The notes under the pieces were generated by a model that saw only the letters and a program-made list of their open reading frames with translations, did not search any database and had not been told where the DNA came from. Source: a virus (taxonomy: Duplodnaviria > Caudoviricetes). From it: a stretch of 64,000 nucleotides of DNA. Below, piece after piece: positions 20,059 to 29,435 of the stretch. Both the position numbers and the translations under genes were made by a program. The first letter of the stretch is position 1, and every line of letters begins with the position of its first letter. The DNA lies in the IMG/VR virus record IMGVR_UViG_3300033145_002422; one strand, written 5' to 3'.

Positions 20059-20760
20059 ATGGTTAGAAATTTAATGCTATGTTTATTGGTTGTTGTTATC
20101 TGTTTAGGAACTTTTTTAGGAATTTTTGTCGGATGTTCTATGAATATCGATGAAGACGTTGATATTCAAAGAGCATTTTTGGGAAAGATTGTCAATCCTG
20201 CTAATGGCGAAGAAGGTTTTAAAGACGCTCGCTATTATGTTGAAGAAGTTTTTTCTGATTTTAGTAAGGTTAAAAATGGCAATAGGTTTGTGGCTACTAA
20301 CCTAGCTGAATATAGCTATAACAAGAACAGCCGCCATACTTTGCATGATTTATATCCTGGGAACATAGTAGAAGTTTACGAAATGAGTAATGGTAAACAT
20401 TTCTTTTCTATGACTCCAACGGTCATATTTTTCGTTGCTAAAGTTCCTACTGAGTTGGAGTTGAAAGATGAACTGTCTAAATGCTCGGATAAGCATAGGG
20501 AAAAATATCAAGCAATCATCGAAGCTAAAGATTCGAGGTATGTTCTGATAAGGCAACAATATAATAATGGCTTTGGCAGAACTATTCCTTTTGATAAAGA
20601 AAGTTTGAAAGATTCTGGACAGGATGTTTTATATGCCGCTATTAACCTGTCTGAGGAGAATGGCAAAACTCACAATTTGAAGGCCGGAACGTATGTAAGC
20701 GTATTCTCAATTAAGAAATCGAATAGCGGAGGAATATACTTCTTTAATTCTACCCCATAA
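20059..20760 (+). CDS. Putative lipoprotein / secreted protein
   Basis: Hydrophobic N-terminus ending FVGC (lipobox-like); AGGAG RBS. Confidence 0.6.
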   Translation: MVRNLMLCLLVVVICLGTFLGIFVGCSMNIDEDVDIQRAFLGKIVNPANGEEGFKDARYYVEEVFSDFSKVKNGNRFVATNLAEYSYNKNSRHTLHDLYPGNIVEVYEMSNGKHFFSMTPTVIFFVAKVPTELELKDELSKCSDKHREKYQAIIEAKDSRYVLIRQQYNNGFGRTIPFDKESLKDSGQDVLYAAINLSEENGKTHNLKAGTYVSVFSIKKSNSGGIYFFNSTP

Positions 20761-20762
20761 AA

Positions 20763-20834
20763 TTCCCCAAAAATAAAGAAGGAGTAAGAGCTATACATTG
20801 CCAATACAATGTATGGCTCTATTTATTTGGGGAA
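20763..20834. promoter_or_regulatory. Nested inverted repeat upstream of RHH gene (operator or RBS-sequestering hairpin)
   Basis: AGAGCTATACATTG-6nt-CAATGTATGGCTCT (20787-20820) inside TTCCCCAAA/TTTGGGGAA. Confidence 0.55.
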
Positions 20835-20838
20835 AACA

Positions 20839-20997
20839 ATGAAAAAACCAATTAGCATGAGGATAGATAATGAAGTTTTGACAAAAGCTAAAAAAGTTGC
20901 AAAACTTCAGAAAAAAAGTTTTACCCAATTGGTTACAGACCTTTTATGGGAGTGTACCAAGGGCCATGGATTAGTTGATAAAAAACAAGGAGACTAA
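20839..20997 (+). CDS. Ribbon-helix-helix (CopG-like) DNA-binding protein
   Basis: KPISMRIDNEVLTKAKKVA..SFTQLVTDLL pattern; start moved to ATG 20839. Confidence 0.75.
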   Translation: MKKPISMRIDNEVLTKAKKVAKLQKKSFTQLVTDLLWECTKGHGLVDKKQGD

Positions 20998-20999
20998 AA

Positions 21000-21875
21000 A
21001 TGGCTATCGGAAAATCGGTTAACATTGTTGCTGAGGCTTGCTGTAATCACCAGGGTAATTTAGACCTCGCTTTTGATATGATCAAAACAGCCAAGTTGTG
21101 TGATGTAGATTATGTAAAATTCCAAAAGAGGAATTGCGTTAAGGCTGTACCGAAGCATATGCATAATCAGCCTCATCCATATGCGGCAAATTCGTTTGGC
21201 GAGACCTATTTACAGCATAGGGAGGCGTTGGAGTTTACGATAGATCAGCATAAGCAGTTAAAAGATTATTGTGACTCTATTGGCATAAAATATGCCTGTT
21301 CGGTTTGGGATGAAGATTCGGCAGCAGAAATTATATCTCTAAACCCTGAGTATATCAAGATTCCAAGTGCTATGAATTACAATTTTGAATTGTTGGATTA
21401 TGTCTTTGATAACTATGATGGAGATATACATATTTCATTTGGAATGATAACGAGAAATGAGATTAACGATTTGATTTCTCATTTGAAAGGACAAAAAAAC
21501 CATATCGTTGCCTATTGGACCACTAGTGGATATCCGGTTTCATTTGACGAATTGTATTTGTTGGAAATAGGAAATCTCAAAAAGTATTTTGAAGTTGGAT
21601 ACAGCGGTCATAATCTCGGAATTGCCGTGGACATGGCTACGATAGTTTTGGGTTGTACTTGGGTAGAAAGGCATTTCACTTTGGACAGAACAGCAAAGGG
21701 AACGGATAATGCTGCTAGTCTAGAACCAGCAGGCTTATCTAAGTTGGTTCGTGACTCAAAAGCTGTTATTAAGTCTTTGCAATATAAAAATATAGACTTA
21801 ACTGAGGATGAAAAAGAAACTAGGGAGAAATTAAAGATATGGGAAAAAAAATTAATTCACCCAAACATAATCTAG
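21000..21875 (+). CDS. neuB: N-acylneuraminate/nonulosonate synthase (no C-terminal SAF/AFP-like domain)
   Basis: AEACCNHQG, VKFQKR, KIPS, SGYP, GYSGH, ERHFTLDR, GTDNAASLEP. Confidence 0.93.
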   Translation: MAIGKSVNIVAEACCNHQGNLDLAFDMIKTAKLCDVDYVKFQKRNCVKAVPKHMHNQPHPYAANSFGETYLQHREALEFTIDQHKQLKDYCDSIGIKYACSVWDEDSAAEIISLNPEYIKIPSAMNYNFELLDYVFDNYDGDIHISFGMITRNEINDLISHLKGQKNHIVAYWTTSGYPVSFDELYLLEIGNLKKYFEVGYSGHNLGIAVDMATIVLGCTWVERHFTLDRTAKGTDNAASLEPAGLSKLVRDSKAVIKSLQYKNIDLTEDEKETREKLKIWEKKLIHPNII

Positions 21876-22483
21876 AAGGGAAAAGATTCGGTAAATTAGT
21901 CGCACAAAAAGAATATAAAAGAGAAACCAAGGATCTTCCTAGCGGAAAGGCTTATTTCCTTTATTGGCTATGTAAATGTGATTGTGGAAATGAGAAATGG
22001 ATTAATGCTAATCATTTGAAAAGGGGACAAACTAGAAGTTGTGGTTGTTATAGCGTTGCTTATCGTTGCCGAGGGCGTTTGCTGGAAAAAGGATTAGCGG
22101 CAAAAAACAGATGCTATGCTCAGTACGAGACAGTTGCTAAAAGAAATAATAGAAAGTTTGAATTAACTTTTGAGCAGTTTATCGACATTACATCTCATAA
22201 TTGTTATTATTGTGGAGCAGAACCGTCTAATATGAGTAAATCTGGCAAATATAGCGGAGATTATATCTATAATGGTGTAGATAGATTAGATAATTCCAAA
22301 GGGTATATCCTAACTAACTGCGTGCCGTGCTGTAAGACATGTAACAAAACTAAATTAAAAATGTCAAGAAAAGAATTTGTGGACTGGGTTTCTAGGGTAT
22401 ATGACCATATAGTTACCGGGGAGACTTGGGATGCCCACAGAAGCTACAGGAGACCCAGGGACGCATTTACTCCTTCTCCATAG
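21839..22483 (+). CDS. Free-standing HNH homing endonuclease
   Basis: GKRFGKL..WLCKCDCG..SCGC, CYYCG, GVDRLDNSKGY..NCVPCCKTCN. Confidence 0.85.
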   Translation: MGKKINSPKHNLEGKRFGKLVAQKEYKRETKDLPSGKAYFLYWLCKCDCGNEKWINANHLKRGQTRSCGCYSVAYRCRGRLLEKGLAAKNRCYAQYETVAKRNNRKFELTFEQFIDITSHNCYYCGAEPSNMSKSGKYSGDYIYNGVDRLDNSKGYILTNCVPCCKTCNKTKLKMSRKEFVDWVSRVYDHIVTGETWDAHRSYRRPRDAFTPSP

Positions 22484-22674
22484 GAGTAACGAGGATTGGG
22501 ATGCGGAAGCTGTTGTAGAGCCTCTGGGATGCATTCTTGAGGGTTTCTCTTTTGTAGCTTAACTGCATCTGCTCCAGAATTTTTCGCCAATTGAATAAGC
22601 ATTTTGGCTCTATCCATATTCCCAATATGTGTATTGCCTATTTCTGCTGTGATGAAAGGTTTTTTATATATCAT
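22444..22674 (-). pseudogene. neuB: Truncated second neuB (N-terminal ~67 aa), inverted
   Basis: AAGGAGG RBS; MIYKKPFITAEIGNTHIG..ADAVKLQKR..HPNPRYSYGE then a short unrelated tail and stop. Confidence 0.85.
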
Positions 22675-22752
22675 ATTTAATGCCTCCTTATTATCTTTTT
22701 CGGAAAAAGTGACGAAAATAATGATAGAATAATAAAAACGGAGGATAATTAT

Positions 22753-22995
22753 ATGTATTATAAAGAGGCTATAGAAAAAGCAATACATTGGAGAAGCGGG
22801 GTCGAAGAAGTTGTATTTCCAGAAATAATGTTATATTTAGCGGCAATTATTCATAATGATCCAGATGCTGAAGTTTTTCGTGAATTATGTAAGATAAAAG
22901 CAATGCATAGAGAATATTATGATTTATATGAAAAGTTAGATCAAAAATATTCAAAATATATTTATATTGATGGAGATAGTTATGAATCTGGATGA
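22753..22995 (+). CDS. Hypothetical protein
   Basis: GGAGG RBS. Confidence 0.65.
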   Translation: MYYKEAIEKAIHWRSGVEEVVFPEIMLYLAAIIHNDPDAEVFRELCKIKAMHREYYDLYEKLDQKYSKYIYIDGDSYESG

Positions 22996-23602
22996 TAAAG
23001 CAAAAAATATTAAATTATTAATTATTGACATTGACGGAACGATTACCAACGGAGATTATCAGGTTAATGAAGATGGAAAGGTTACGAAATCTTTTTATAC
23101 GAGAGATTTTTCTTATATAGAAAAAATACTTAAAATGGGTGATTTTCCAATATGCGTATTACTGTTGACAAGTTCTTGGGATAATTGCATAGTTAATAAA
23201 TATATGAAACTCTCATATTGTGATAGATGGAACTTTTTACTTAAAATTCATATAGAAGATAAAAAGAAATATATCGAAGAAGAAATTATCCAAGTAAAAA
23301 ATAAAAGTCCTTTTAGCATAGTTTGTGATAATAGTGATGATATGACAGTAAAAACAATAGAAAAGAAACATCCTTATTTAAATGTTTTTTCTAGAATTAC
23401 TTGGGATAATATTGCCTATATTGGCGATGGCATAAATGATTTGGAGTCTATGAAATTGGCTTCTATAACAGGATGCCCAGAAGATGCTGAAGAAGAAATT
23501 AAAGAAGAATCTCATTTTGTATCGAAATGTAATGGTGGAAGAGGAGCAGTAGCTGAATTTATAAAATATCTGATTTCTCTTAGGGAGACTAAAAATGAGT
23601 AA
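22967..23602 (+). CDS. KdsC-like HAD phosphatase
   Basis: IKLLIIDIDGTITNG, KSFYTRD, YIGDGINDL, GGRGAVAEF; probable start ATG 22982. Confidence 0.88.
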   Translation: MMEIVMNLDDKAKNIKLLIIDIDGTITNGDYQVNEDGKVTKSFYTRDFSYIEKILKMGDFPICVLLLTSSWDNCIVNKYMKLSYCDRWNFLLKIHIEDKKKYIEEEIIQVKNKSPFSIVCDNSDDMTVKTIEKKHPYLNVFSRITWDNIAYIGDGINDLESMKLASITGCPEDAEEEIKEESHFVSKCNGGRGAVAEFIKYLISLRETKNE

Positions 23603-24110
23603 AATTACTTTAAGAAAATGGCAAGAAGCGGTTTTTGATTGGTTTAACGAGTATGATTTGTATTCTGGGTCTGAGGCTATGCAGTCTTTGCAGCAGTTTG
23701 AAGTAAATTCCTTATCATCTGTAAACATAAAGATGCCTAAAGGATACGGTCATACTTTTTTAACTGCATATTTGTCTGAGATGCTTCCTTTTAGTTGTGA
23801 AACTGCTTCAGTTGTGATTGTCTATTTTGATATGGATCATCTTAAAGAAATAGAAAAATACAAGAATGATATAGATAATAATTTAGATGTTATTTTAGAA
23901 ACAGATAAAAAACCTATTTATATTTCTGTTTATGAATTTTATTATGCAATAAATGAAAATTCTCATTCTCAAGATTCTTCTAATCTTATGAAGTTAAAAA
24001 CAAAGATAAATGGGAACATTATTGTTATTGATAGGGCGTCAAGTTTGCCAAATCAAGTGAGAGATTTTATATTAACTGTAGCTACTAATGCTACTGTATT
24101 TTTAGGATAA
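23595..24110 (+). CDS. Hypothetical protein with degenerate P-loop NTPase-like motifs
   Basis: LRKWQ, MPKGYGHT, IIVID. Confidence 0.45.
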   Translation: MSKITLRKWQEAVFDWFNEYDLYSGSEAMQSLQQFEVNSLSSVNIKMPKGYGHTFLTAYLSEMLPFSCETASVVIVYFDMDHLKEIEKYKNDIDNNLDVILETDKKPIYISVYEFYYAINENSHSQDSSNLMKLKTKINGNIIVIDRASSLPNQVRDFILTVATNATVFLG

Positions 24111-24121
24111 GGAGAAAGTCA

Positions 24122-24586
24122 ATGGCTATGAGTGTTACTAGTAAGAAGATAAGGGCAAAGAGACTTGGAGATGTAACAAAAGTTTTTAATAAAAAGAAGC
24201 ATCATAAAGCTGCGCTAGAATACAATCATATTAGAGTACAGTTTCCTGATGGAAAAGAAAAGAGTCTTCTTTTTACGGATTTTCAATTAACGAGAGCATT
24301 TTATAGGGCGCAGAAAAATGAAGAAGATTTGCCAGCTAAAACATGGATTCATGATATGGTGGACGATATGGATATCGGAGATAGAATAGCTGATTTGCAG
24401 AAAGTTATTAATCAGAAAAAACTTCCAGCCGCTGCTGCAATTTATAATCATATTAGAGTTGATTTCAATGATTTGCATATTCATTTATTGTTTACTGATA
24501 ATGATATTAAAGATGCATTGAAAAGAGCAGAAAAAAATCCTGAAGATTTGCCAAAAGTGAATTGGATAAGAGATATACTTGATTAA
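24122..24586 (+). CDS. Protein made of two tandem ~70-aa repeats, function unknown
   Basis: YNHIRV..LLFTD..RA.KN.EDLP..WI.D occurs twice. Confidence 0.8.
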   Translation: MAMSVTSKKIRAKRLGDVTKVFNKKKHHKAALEYNHIRVQFPDGKEKSLLFTDFQLTRAFYRAQKNEEDLPAKTWIHDMVDDMDIGDRIADLQKVINQKKLPAAAAIYNHIRVDFNDLHIHLLFTDNDIKDALKRAEKNPEDLPKVNWIRDILD

Positions 24587-25035
24587 TTAAGGAGAACTGT
24601 AATGAATATTTGTGATGATGGACACGATGAAGTAGTTTATAATTCAGATGATTGCCCTTTATGCCAATTAATGAAAGAAGTAGATGAATTAAATGAAAAA
24701 CTTTCAGATAAAGATGATATAATAGAATCATTAGAAGATGAAATTAATGATTTAGATCAAGATATAGAAAAATTGCAAGAGGATAAGTCGCAAGAGGATA
24801 AGTCATAAGCTTAATTTTAAGGAGATAATTATGAGTGAACAAAAATGGAAAGAACGAGCTGAAGCTTTGTGGCAATTATTAGATGATATAGATACCTTAG
24901 ATGATGCAGTAAAGAATGATGATACAGAATTTCGCAGATTAGCGTTAGAATATTCTTATAAGAGGAATGCAATTCTTTACAGCCCAGATGGGTATAAACT
25001 TGTTGTAGATTAATTTTGATATCTAGAAATTATAT

Positions 25036-25455
25036 ATGGGGGGGTTAATAGTTATTAGCGAATTTCATTCATGCACGATTTCTCTCACGGATAATCAATG
25101 TATTATAGAAGCATTGGTTGAAATGGGATATAAACCTAAAGTTAGCGATAAACCTCAAAATCTTTATGGATATCTTGGAGATAAAAGAGAACAAAAAGCT
25201 CATATTATAATTCCACGTTCACAGATAACCAATGCCAGTAATGATATAGGTTTTGAGAAAATTGGTAAAAACTATATTGTTCATATCAGTCAATATGATG
25301 AACAAATACATAGTTTTGATATAGATAAGTTGAAGCAGTTATATGGAAAACACAGGATAAAGAAATTTGTTAAAATGAAAACTGGGAAATATAATATTAA
25401 GAGTCAAAAGGTAAAGAAAGATGGAACTATAGAAATAATTATTAGAACCTTATAA
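25036..25455 (+). CDS. DUF1257 (Ycf35-like) protein
   Basis: SEF..TISLTD..IIEALVEMGY, NDIGFEK, LKQLY, DGTIEI. Confidence 0.65.
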   Translation: MGGLIVISEFHSCTISLTDNQCIIEALVEMGYKPKVSDKPQNLYGYLGDKREQKAHIIIPRSQITNASNDIGFEKIGKNYIVHISQYDEQIHSFDIDKLKQLYGKHRIKKFVKMKTGKYNIKSQKVKKDGTIEIIIRTL

Positions 25456-25467
25456 AAGGAGAGCAAT

Positions 25468-26067
25468 ATGTCGCAAAAAATAAGCAGAAAAATAAAGGAA
25501 AGGCAAAAAAGAAAAAATAGAAAAAAGCAAGAATCTGAGTTACTTCAGAAAAATGCACAAATAAGAACAAGAGTCATTAAGTTTGATGCGCCAATGTTAT
25601 ATTCTCCAGCGTTGGATATATTGGGTAAAGAACATTTTGAAAAGATTAACAGTGATTTTGGATTTAATATTCTTAATAGATTAAAGAGAACGGTTATCGC
25701 TTTTAAAAATGGTGCTGGACTTTCTGCTAATCAAATTAATCTTCCATATAATGTTTCTGTTTTAAGATTTGATACAAAGAATAATGATACATTTGTTATG
25801 ATTAATCCAAAAATCGTTGAACATGGCGAAGACATGGAGGAAGAAATAGAAGGATGTTTGTCATTCCCTGAGTATTATACAAAAATTAAAAGATATCATA
25901 ACATAAAGGTTGAATATTTTGATGAGAATTTTGAGAAGAAGACTGCTAATTATCATGGATATGAAGCGAGAGTTGTTCAGCATGAATTAGATCATAACCT
26001 TGGCAAGCCATGCCTTGGTGAATTTTATAGACAAGAGAAAGAAAAATCTTTATTAAAAAGAACATAA
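25468..26067 (+). CDS. def: Peptide deformylase
   Basis: GAGLSANQI, EGCLS, QHELDH. Confidence 0.95.
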   Translation: MSQKISRKIKERQKRKNRKKQESELLQKNAQIRTRVIKFDAPMLYSPALDILGKEHFEKINSDFGFNILNRLKRTVIAFKNGAGLSANQINLPYNVSVLRFDTKNNDTFVMINPKIVEHGEDMEEEIEGCLSFPEYYTKIKRYHNIKVEYFDENFEKKTANYHGYEARVVQHELDHNLGKPCLGEFYRQEKEKSLLKRT

Positions 26068-26087
26068 AAATAATCCGATAAATATAC

Positions 26088-26870
26088 ATGGAGATTTTAA
26101 CAAGAGATAGTTTTTTATCAAGAAAAAAAAGTGATACTATAGTTATATATGGAAGCGGTTATTCTATTAATGATATTACTGAAGATCAGTGGAGTAAACT
26201 AAACCAATTTGATAGTATAGGATTTAACTGGTTTCTTAAGAGTAGGAGACCAGTTACTTTTTATTTATTGAGAGAGCAGGATATTTGGAGGAAAAATGGA
26301 ACAGGAGACGAATCTAGAAGAGAGTTAAGGGATATATTAAATCAGTGTTATATAGATACATGTTGCATAGTTGTTGATCTCTCTAAATCCCACCACAAGT
26401 GGCAAACGACAGAACACTATGGTAAACCTATATATCAAAAACATATTAATCTGTCAGGCGTTATTGTAAAGGAAATTTTTGCTAAAAAAAGTTTGACTAA
26501 ATACATAAAAAATAAAAACAGTAAAAAAGTATTATGCGATTGTTTCGAATCCCATGATATATTTGATAATGGTCTTATATATGATTTTTGCTCCTTAGTC
26601 AGTGTACTCCATTTGGTTACTTTTTTACAATATAAAAGAATAATATTTGCTGGTATCGATTTATACGATCATAGATACTTTTGGCTTAAAAGTAATAAGT
26701 TACGAACTGCTACAAGGGAAAAGGGGCGATTATTAGATTCAAAACATTTTGTTGCTGATTATACGTGTAGAGTAGTTGGTACTTATAGTAAATATTTTAA
26801 AAATGTTGATATTTCGGTATTGAATCCGAAATCTCTTTTAACTAAAAAAATAAAAACATGGAGTTTTTAA
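26088..26870 (+). CDS. Maf/DUF115- or sialyltransferase-like protein
   Basis: IYGSGYSI, SIGFNWF, YKRIIFAGIDL. Confidence 0.55.
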   Translation: MEILTRDSFLSRKKSDTIVIYGSGYSINDITEDQWSKLNQFDSIGFNWFLKSRRPVTFYLLREQDIWRKNGTGDESRRELRDILNQCYIDTCCIVVDLSKSHHKWQTTEHYGKPIYQKHINLSGVIVKEIFAKKSLTKYIKNKNSKKVLCDCFESHDIFDNGLIYDFCSLVSVLHLVTFLQYKRIIFAGIDLYDHRYFWLKSNKLRTATREKGRLLDSKHFVADYTCRVVGTYSKYFKNVDISVLNPKSLLTKKIKTWSF

Positions 26871-27640
26871 TGAGCGATATAAGAATTGTAACATTGGCTG
26901 ATTTTAAATATTTCAAGTATGTTAAAGCGCTAGTGAATAGTATAAGTCAAAATCTTTCAGTAGTAAAAGTTCATGTATATTTAGTTAATTTAACTAAAGA
27001 GCATGGACAGGTTTTGCAATCTATCCATCCTAATTTAGAATATACTATAGAGGATGTTAAGTTCCAGTGCGATTTACAAAAAAAGTGTTATTGTACTAAT
27101 AGACGAAGTAAAATATTAAATGATCTTAGGAAAAGCACTAAAGATATTCTGGTTTGGTTAGATGCGGATTCCTTGGTAGTAAAAAAAATTCCAGAGTTTA
27201 TAGATTTTGTGCAAGATTGCGATTTATCTGTTAGATTTAAAAATGATTCTGATTTGAATAACAATAAAAAAAAGAAGAAGAAGCCAAGAGGATTCATGGC
27301 TGGTTTAATTGTTGTTGGTAATTCAGAAAATGCAAGAATGTTTACCGAGATGTATGATGAAATGCTTTCTCAAAATAGTTATAAAAAAGTTAAAATAAAT
27401 TATACATGTCCAATTGCCAGATTACCATTACCAATCAAAGTAGTATGGATGGCTAATCAGGATATATTATTTAAGGTTTATAAGAGAATAAAGGATAAGA
27501 ATAATTTTTATTTTAAACCTCTTCCTCAAGAATATTTGGATTGTTCTTTTAGCGATAAAACTGCTATATGGTCGGTCAAAGCAAGTAATCGTAGTGATAA
27601 GAAGTTCAATAAAATATTTCAAAAATATAAAATAAAATAG
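26858..27640 (+). CDS. GT-A fold glycosyltransferase
   Basis: VTLAD..Y, WLDAD, FMAG, NQDIL. Confidence 0.7.
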   Translation: MEFLMSDIRIVTLADFKYFKYVKALVNSISQNLSVVKVHVYLVNLTKEHGQVLQSIHPNLEYTIEDVKFQCDLQKKCYCTNRRSKILNDLRKSTKDILVWLDADSLVVKKIPEFIDFVQDCDLSVRFKNDSDLNNNKKKKKKPRGFMAGLIVVGNSENARMFTEMYDEMLSQNSYKKVKINYTCPIARLPLPIKVVWMANQDILFKVYKRIKDKNNFYFKPLPQEYLDCSFSDKTAIWSVKASNRSDKKFNKIFQKYKIK

Positions 27641-27654
27641 GAATTTAAATTAAT

Positions 27655-28488
27655 ATGAAAAAGAAAAAGACTATTAATAAGAAAATTTTATCTTCTCATG
27701 TTGTATTTTCGCATGATACTAATAATACTGGAGATCTTTTTACTATTTTGACTGCTGCTCGAAACACTAAAAAATATTTAGATGATTGGGCTAGTTCTAT
27801 AGTTGATCAGACTTATAGACCTCTTGAAGTTGTAGTAGTAGATGATTGTTCCGAAGATGGTACTAAAAAAAAGCTCATAGAATTATGTAAGATTTTTGTT
27901 AAAAATAATATTCAAGTTAGATTTATTAGAAATTCTGTTAAAAGCGGTTGTGGTACTAGTTATGCTGTTGCTATGGATTATGCAAATGGAAAGTTTTTTG
28001 GAGTATTAGATTCTGATGATATGTTGAAAAGTTTTTCGACAGAATATATTGTGGGACTCTATAGAGAATATACAGATGTAGCATGGATATATACCCAATT
28101 TAATAAATATAATGAAAAGATGAAATTTTTAAAAATAGGTTGTTCCAGGCACCCTGGACCACGTTCTTTGTTAGAACTGGGAGAAATACAAGCGTATTCT
28201 CATTGGAGGACTTTTTCAGATCGTATAGTTGAACGAGATACATTGTTTAAACGTGGTTTAAAGGGCGCTGTAGATAAATATTTAGGATATAGATTAGAAG
28301 AGTTAGGAACTGGTATGTTTGTAGATAGAGTTTGTTATAAATACAGAAAACGTAAAAATTCTATAACAACTACTCCTCAATTATATATAAGAGGAATTTG
28401 GAGAAAAATGATAAAATCATTCCGGAACAGTAGAAGCAAAAATATTAAGGTTTATCCAATTCTATTTTATGATGGGAAAAAGAAATGA
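27655..28488 (+). CDS. Glycosyltransferase family 2
   Basis: QTY..LEVVVVDDCSEDGT, LDSDD. Confidence 0.88.
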   Translation: MKKKKTINKKILSSHVVFSHDTNNTGDLFTILTAARNTKKYLDDWASSIVDQTYRPLEVVVVDDCSEDGTKKKLIELCKIFVKNNIQVRFIRNSVKSGCGTSYAVAMDYANGKFFGVLDSDDMLKSFSTEYIVGLYREYTDVAWIYTQFNKYNEKMKFLKIGCSRHPGPRSLLELGEIQAYSHWRTFSDRIVERDTLFKRGLKGAVDKYLGYRLEELGTGMFVDRVCYKYRKRKNSITTTPQLYIRGIWRKMIKSFRNSRSKNIKVYPILFYDGKKK

Positions 28489-29435
28489 GACCAGTAATCT
28501 ATTTAGCTAAAGAAGGTTTTGTAGGAGGTCCGAGAAGTTTTAGAGATAGGTTACGTGCTATTTTGAAGACGATGCCAGAAGTATCGATAACGAATAATCT
28601 TGATAAGTTTGATGTTGAATTAGCTTTTATACGGTCAAAAAATAAAAGCAAGAAACCAACTGTTCTTAGAGTAGATGGGTGTTATTACCGCAAAAAAGAT
28701 TTATTTAAAAATAATGATATAATTAAATCTATAAAAAATGCAAAATATGTAATATTTCAATCTAATTTTTCTGCCGAGATGTGTAAAAAAATTATGAAAG
28801 TAAATCCTAAGAATTGTAGTATTATCTATAATGGTATTGATAAAAAGTTTATAGATTCTATTATTCCAGATAAAACTGTAGAACCTGGTTCTTTTGTGGC
28901 ATGTTCAAATACATGGAAAAGAAGACCTAATAAAAGAGCAAAATCAATTCTTGGAGGATTTTTGAAAGCTGGAATAGATAAACATTTGTATATTATAGGA
29001 AAATATCATAATGAATGGAAAGATTCTGAATATAAGCATCCACGTATCCATTTTTGTGGATTAAAATCCGCAAAAAAGGTGTTACCAATTGTTAAAGCTT
29101 GTGATTATCAAATTCATTTATGTCATATTGATTCATGTCCTAATGCGGTTGTAGAGGGGCTTGCTTGCGGATTAAATGTTCTTTGTACGAATTTGGGTGG
29201 TACCCAGGAAATCGTTGGAGATAATGGAGTTGTTTTGGATGTGGATAAATGGGATTTTAAACCGCTATCTGAAGATATATTTGAAAATTTAGATAACCTT
29301 AATCTAAATGATGTGGCAGAAGGAATACATAGGCTTATGAAAATTACAGAAAGAACGAATAGGCCAGATTTAAATATTTATGGAAAAGCAAAACAATATG
29401 TTGAAATTTTATTAAAGGTGGGAAATGGAATATAA
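28485..29435 (+). CDS. Glycosyltransferase family 4-like
   Basis: GGPRSF, IIYNGID, DSCPNAVVEGLACG. Confidence 0.88.
   Translation: MRPVIYLAKEGFVGGPRSFRDRLRAILKTMPEVSITNNLDKFDVELAFIRSKNKSKKPTVLRVDGCYYRKKDLFKNNDIIKSIKNAKYVIFQSNFSAEMCKKIMKVNPKNCSIIYNGIDKKFIDSIIPDKTVEPGSFVACSNTWKRRPNKRAKSILGGFLKAGIDKHLYIIGKYHNEWKDSEYKHPRIHFCGLKSAKKVLPIVKACDYQIHLCHIDSCPNAVVEGLACGLNVLCTNLGGTQEIVGDNGVVLDVDKWDFKPLSEDIFENLDNLNLNDVAEGIHRLMKITERTNRPDLNIYGKAKQYVEILLKVGNGI

Noticed and set aside
20777-22478. 11-bp inverted repeat AGAAGGAGTAA flanking RHH-neuB-HNH as an invertible segment
   Set aside because: Inversion would not restore neuB', no recombinase is nearby, and an SD-like 11-mer can match by chance
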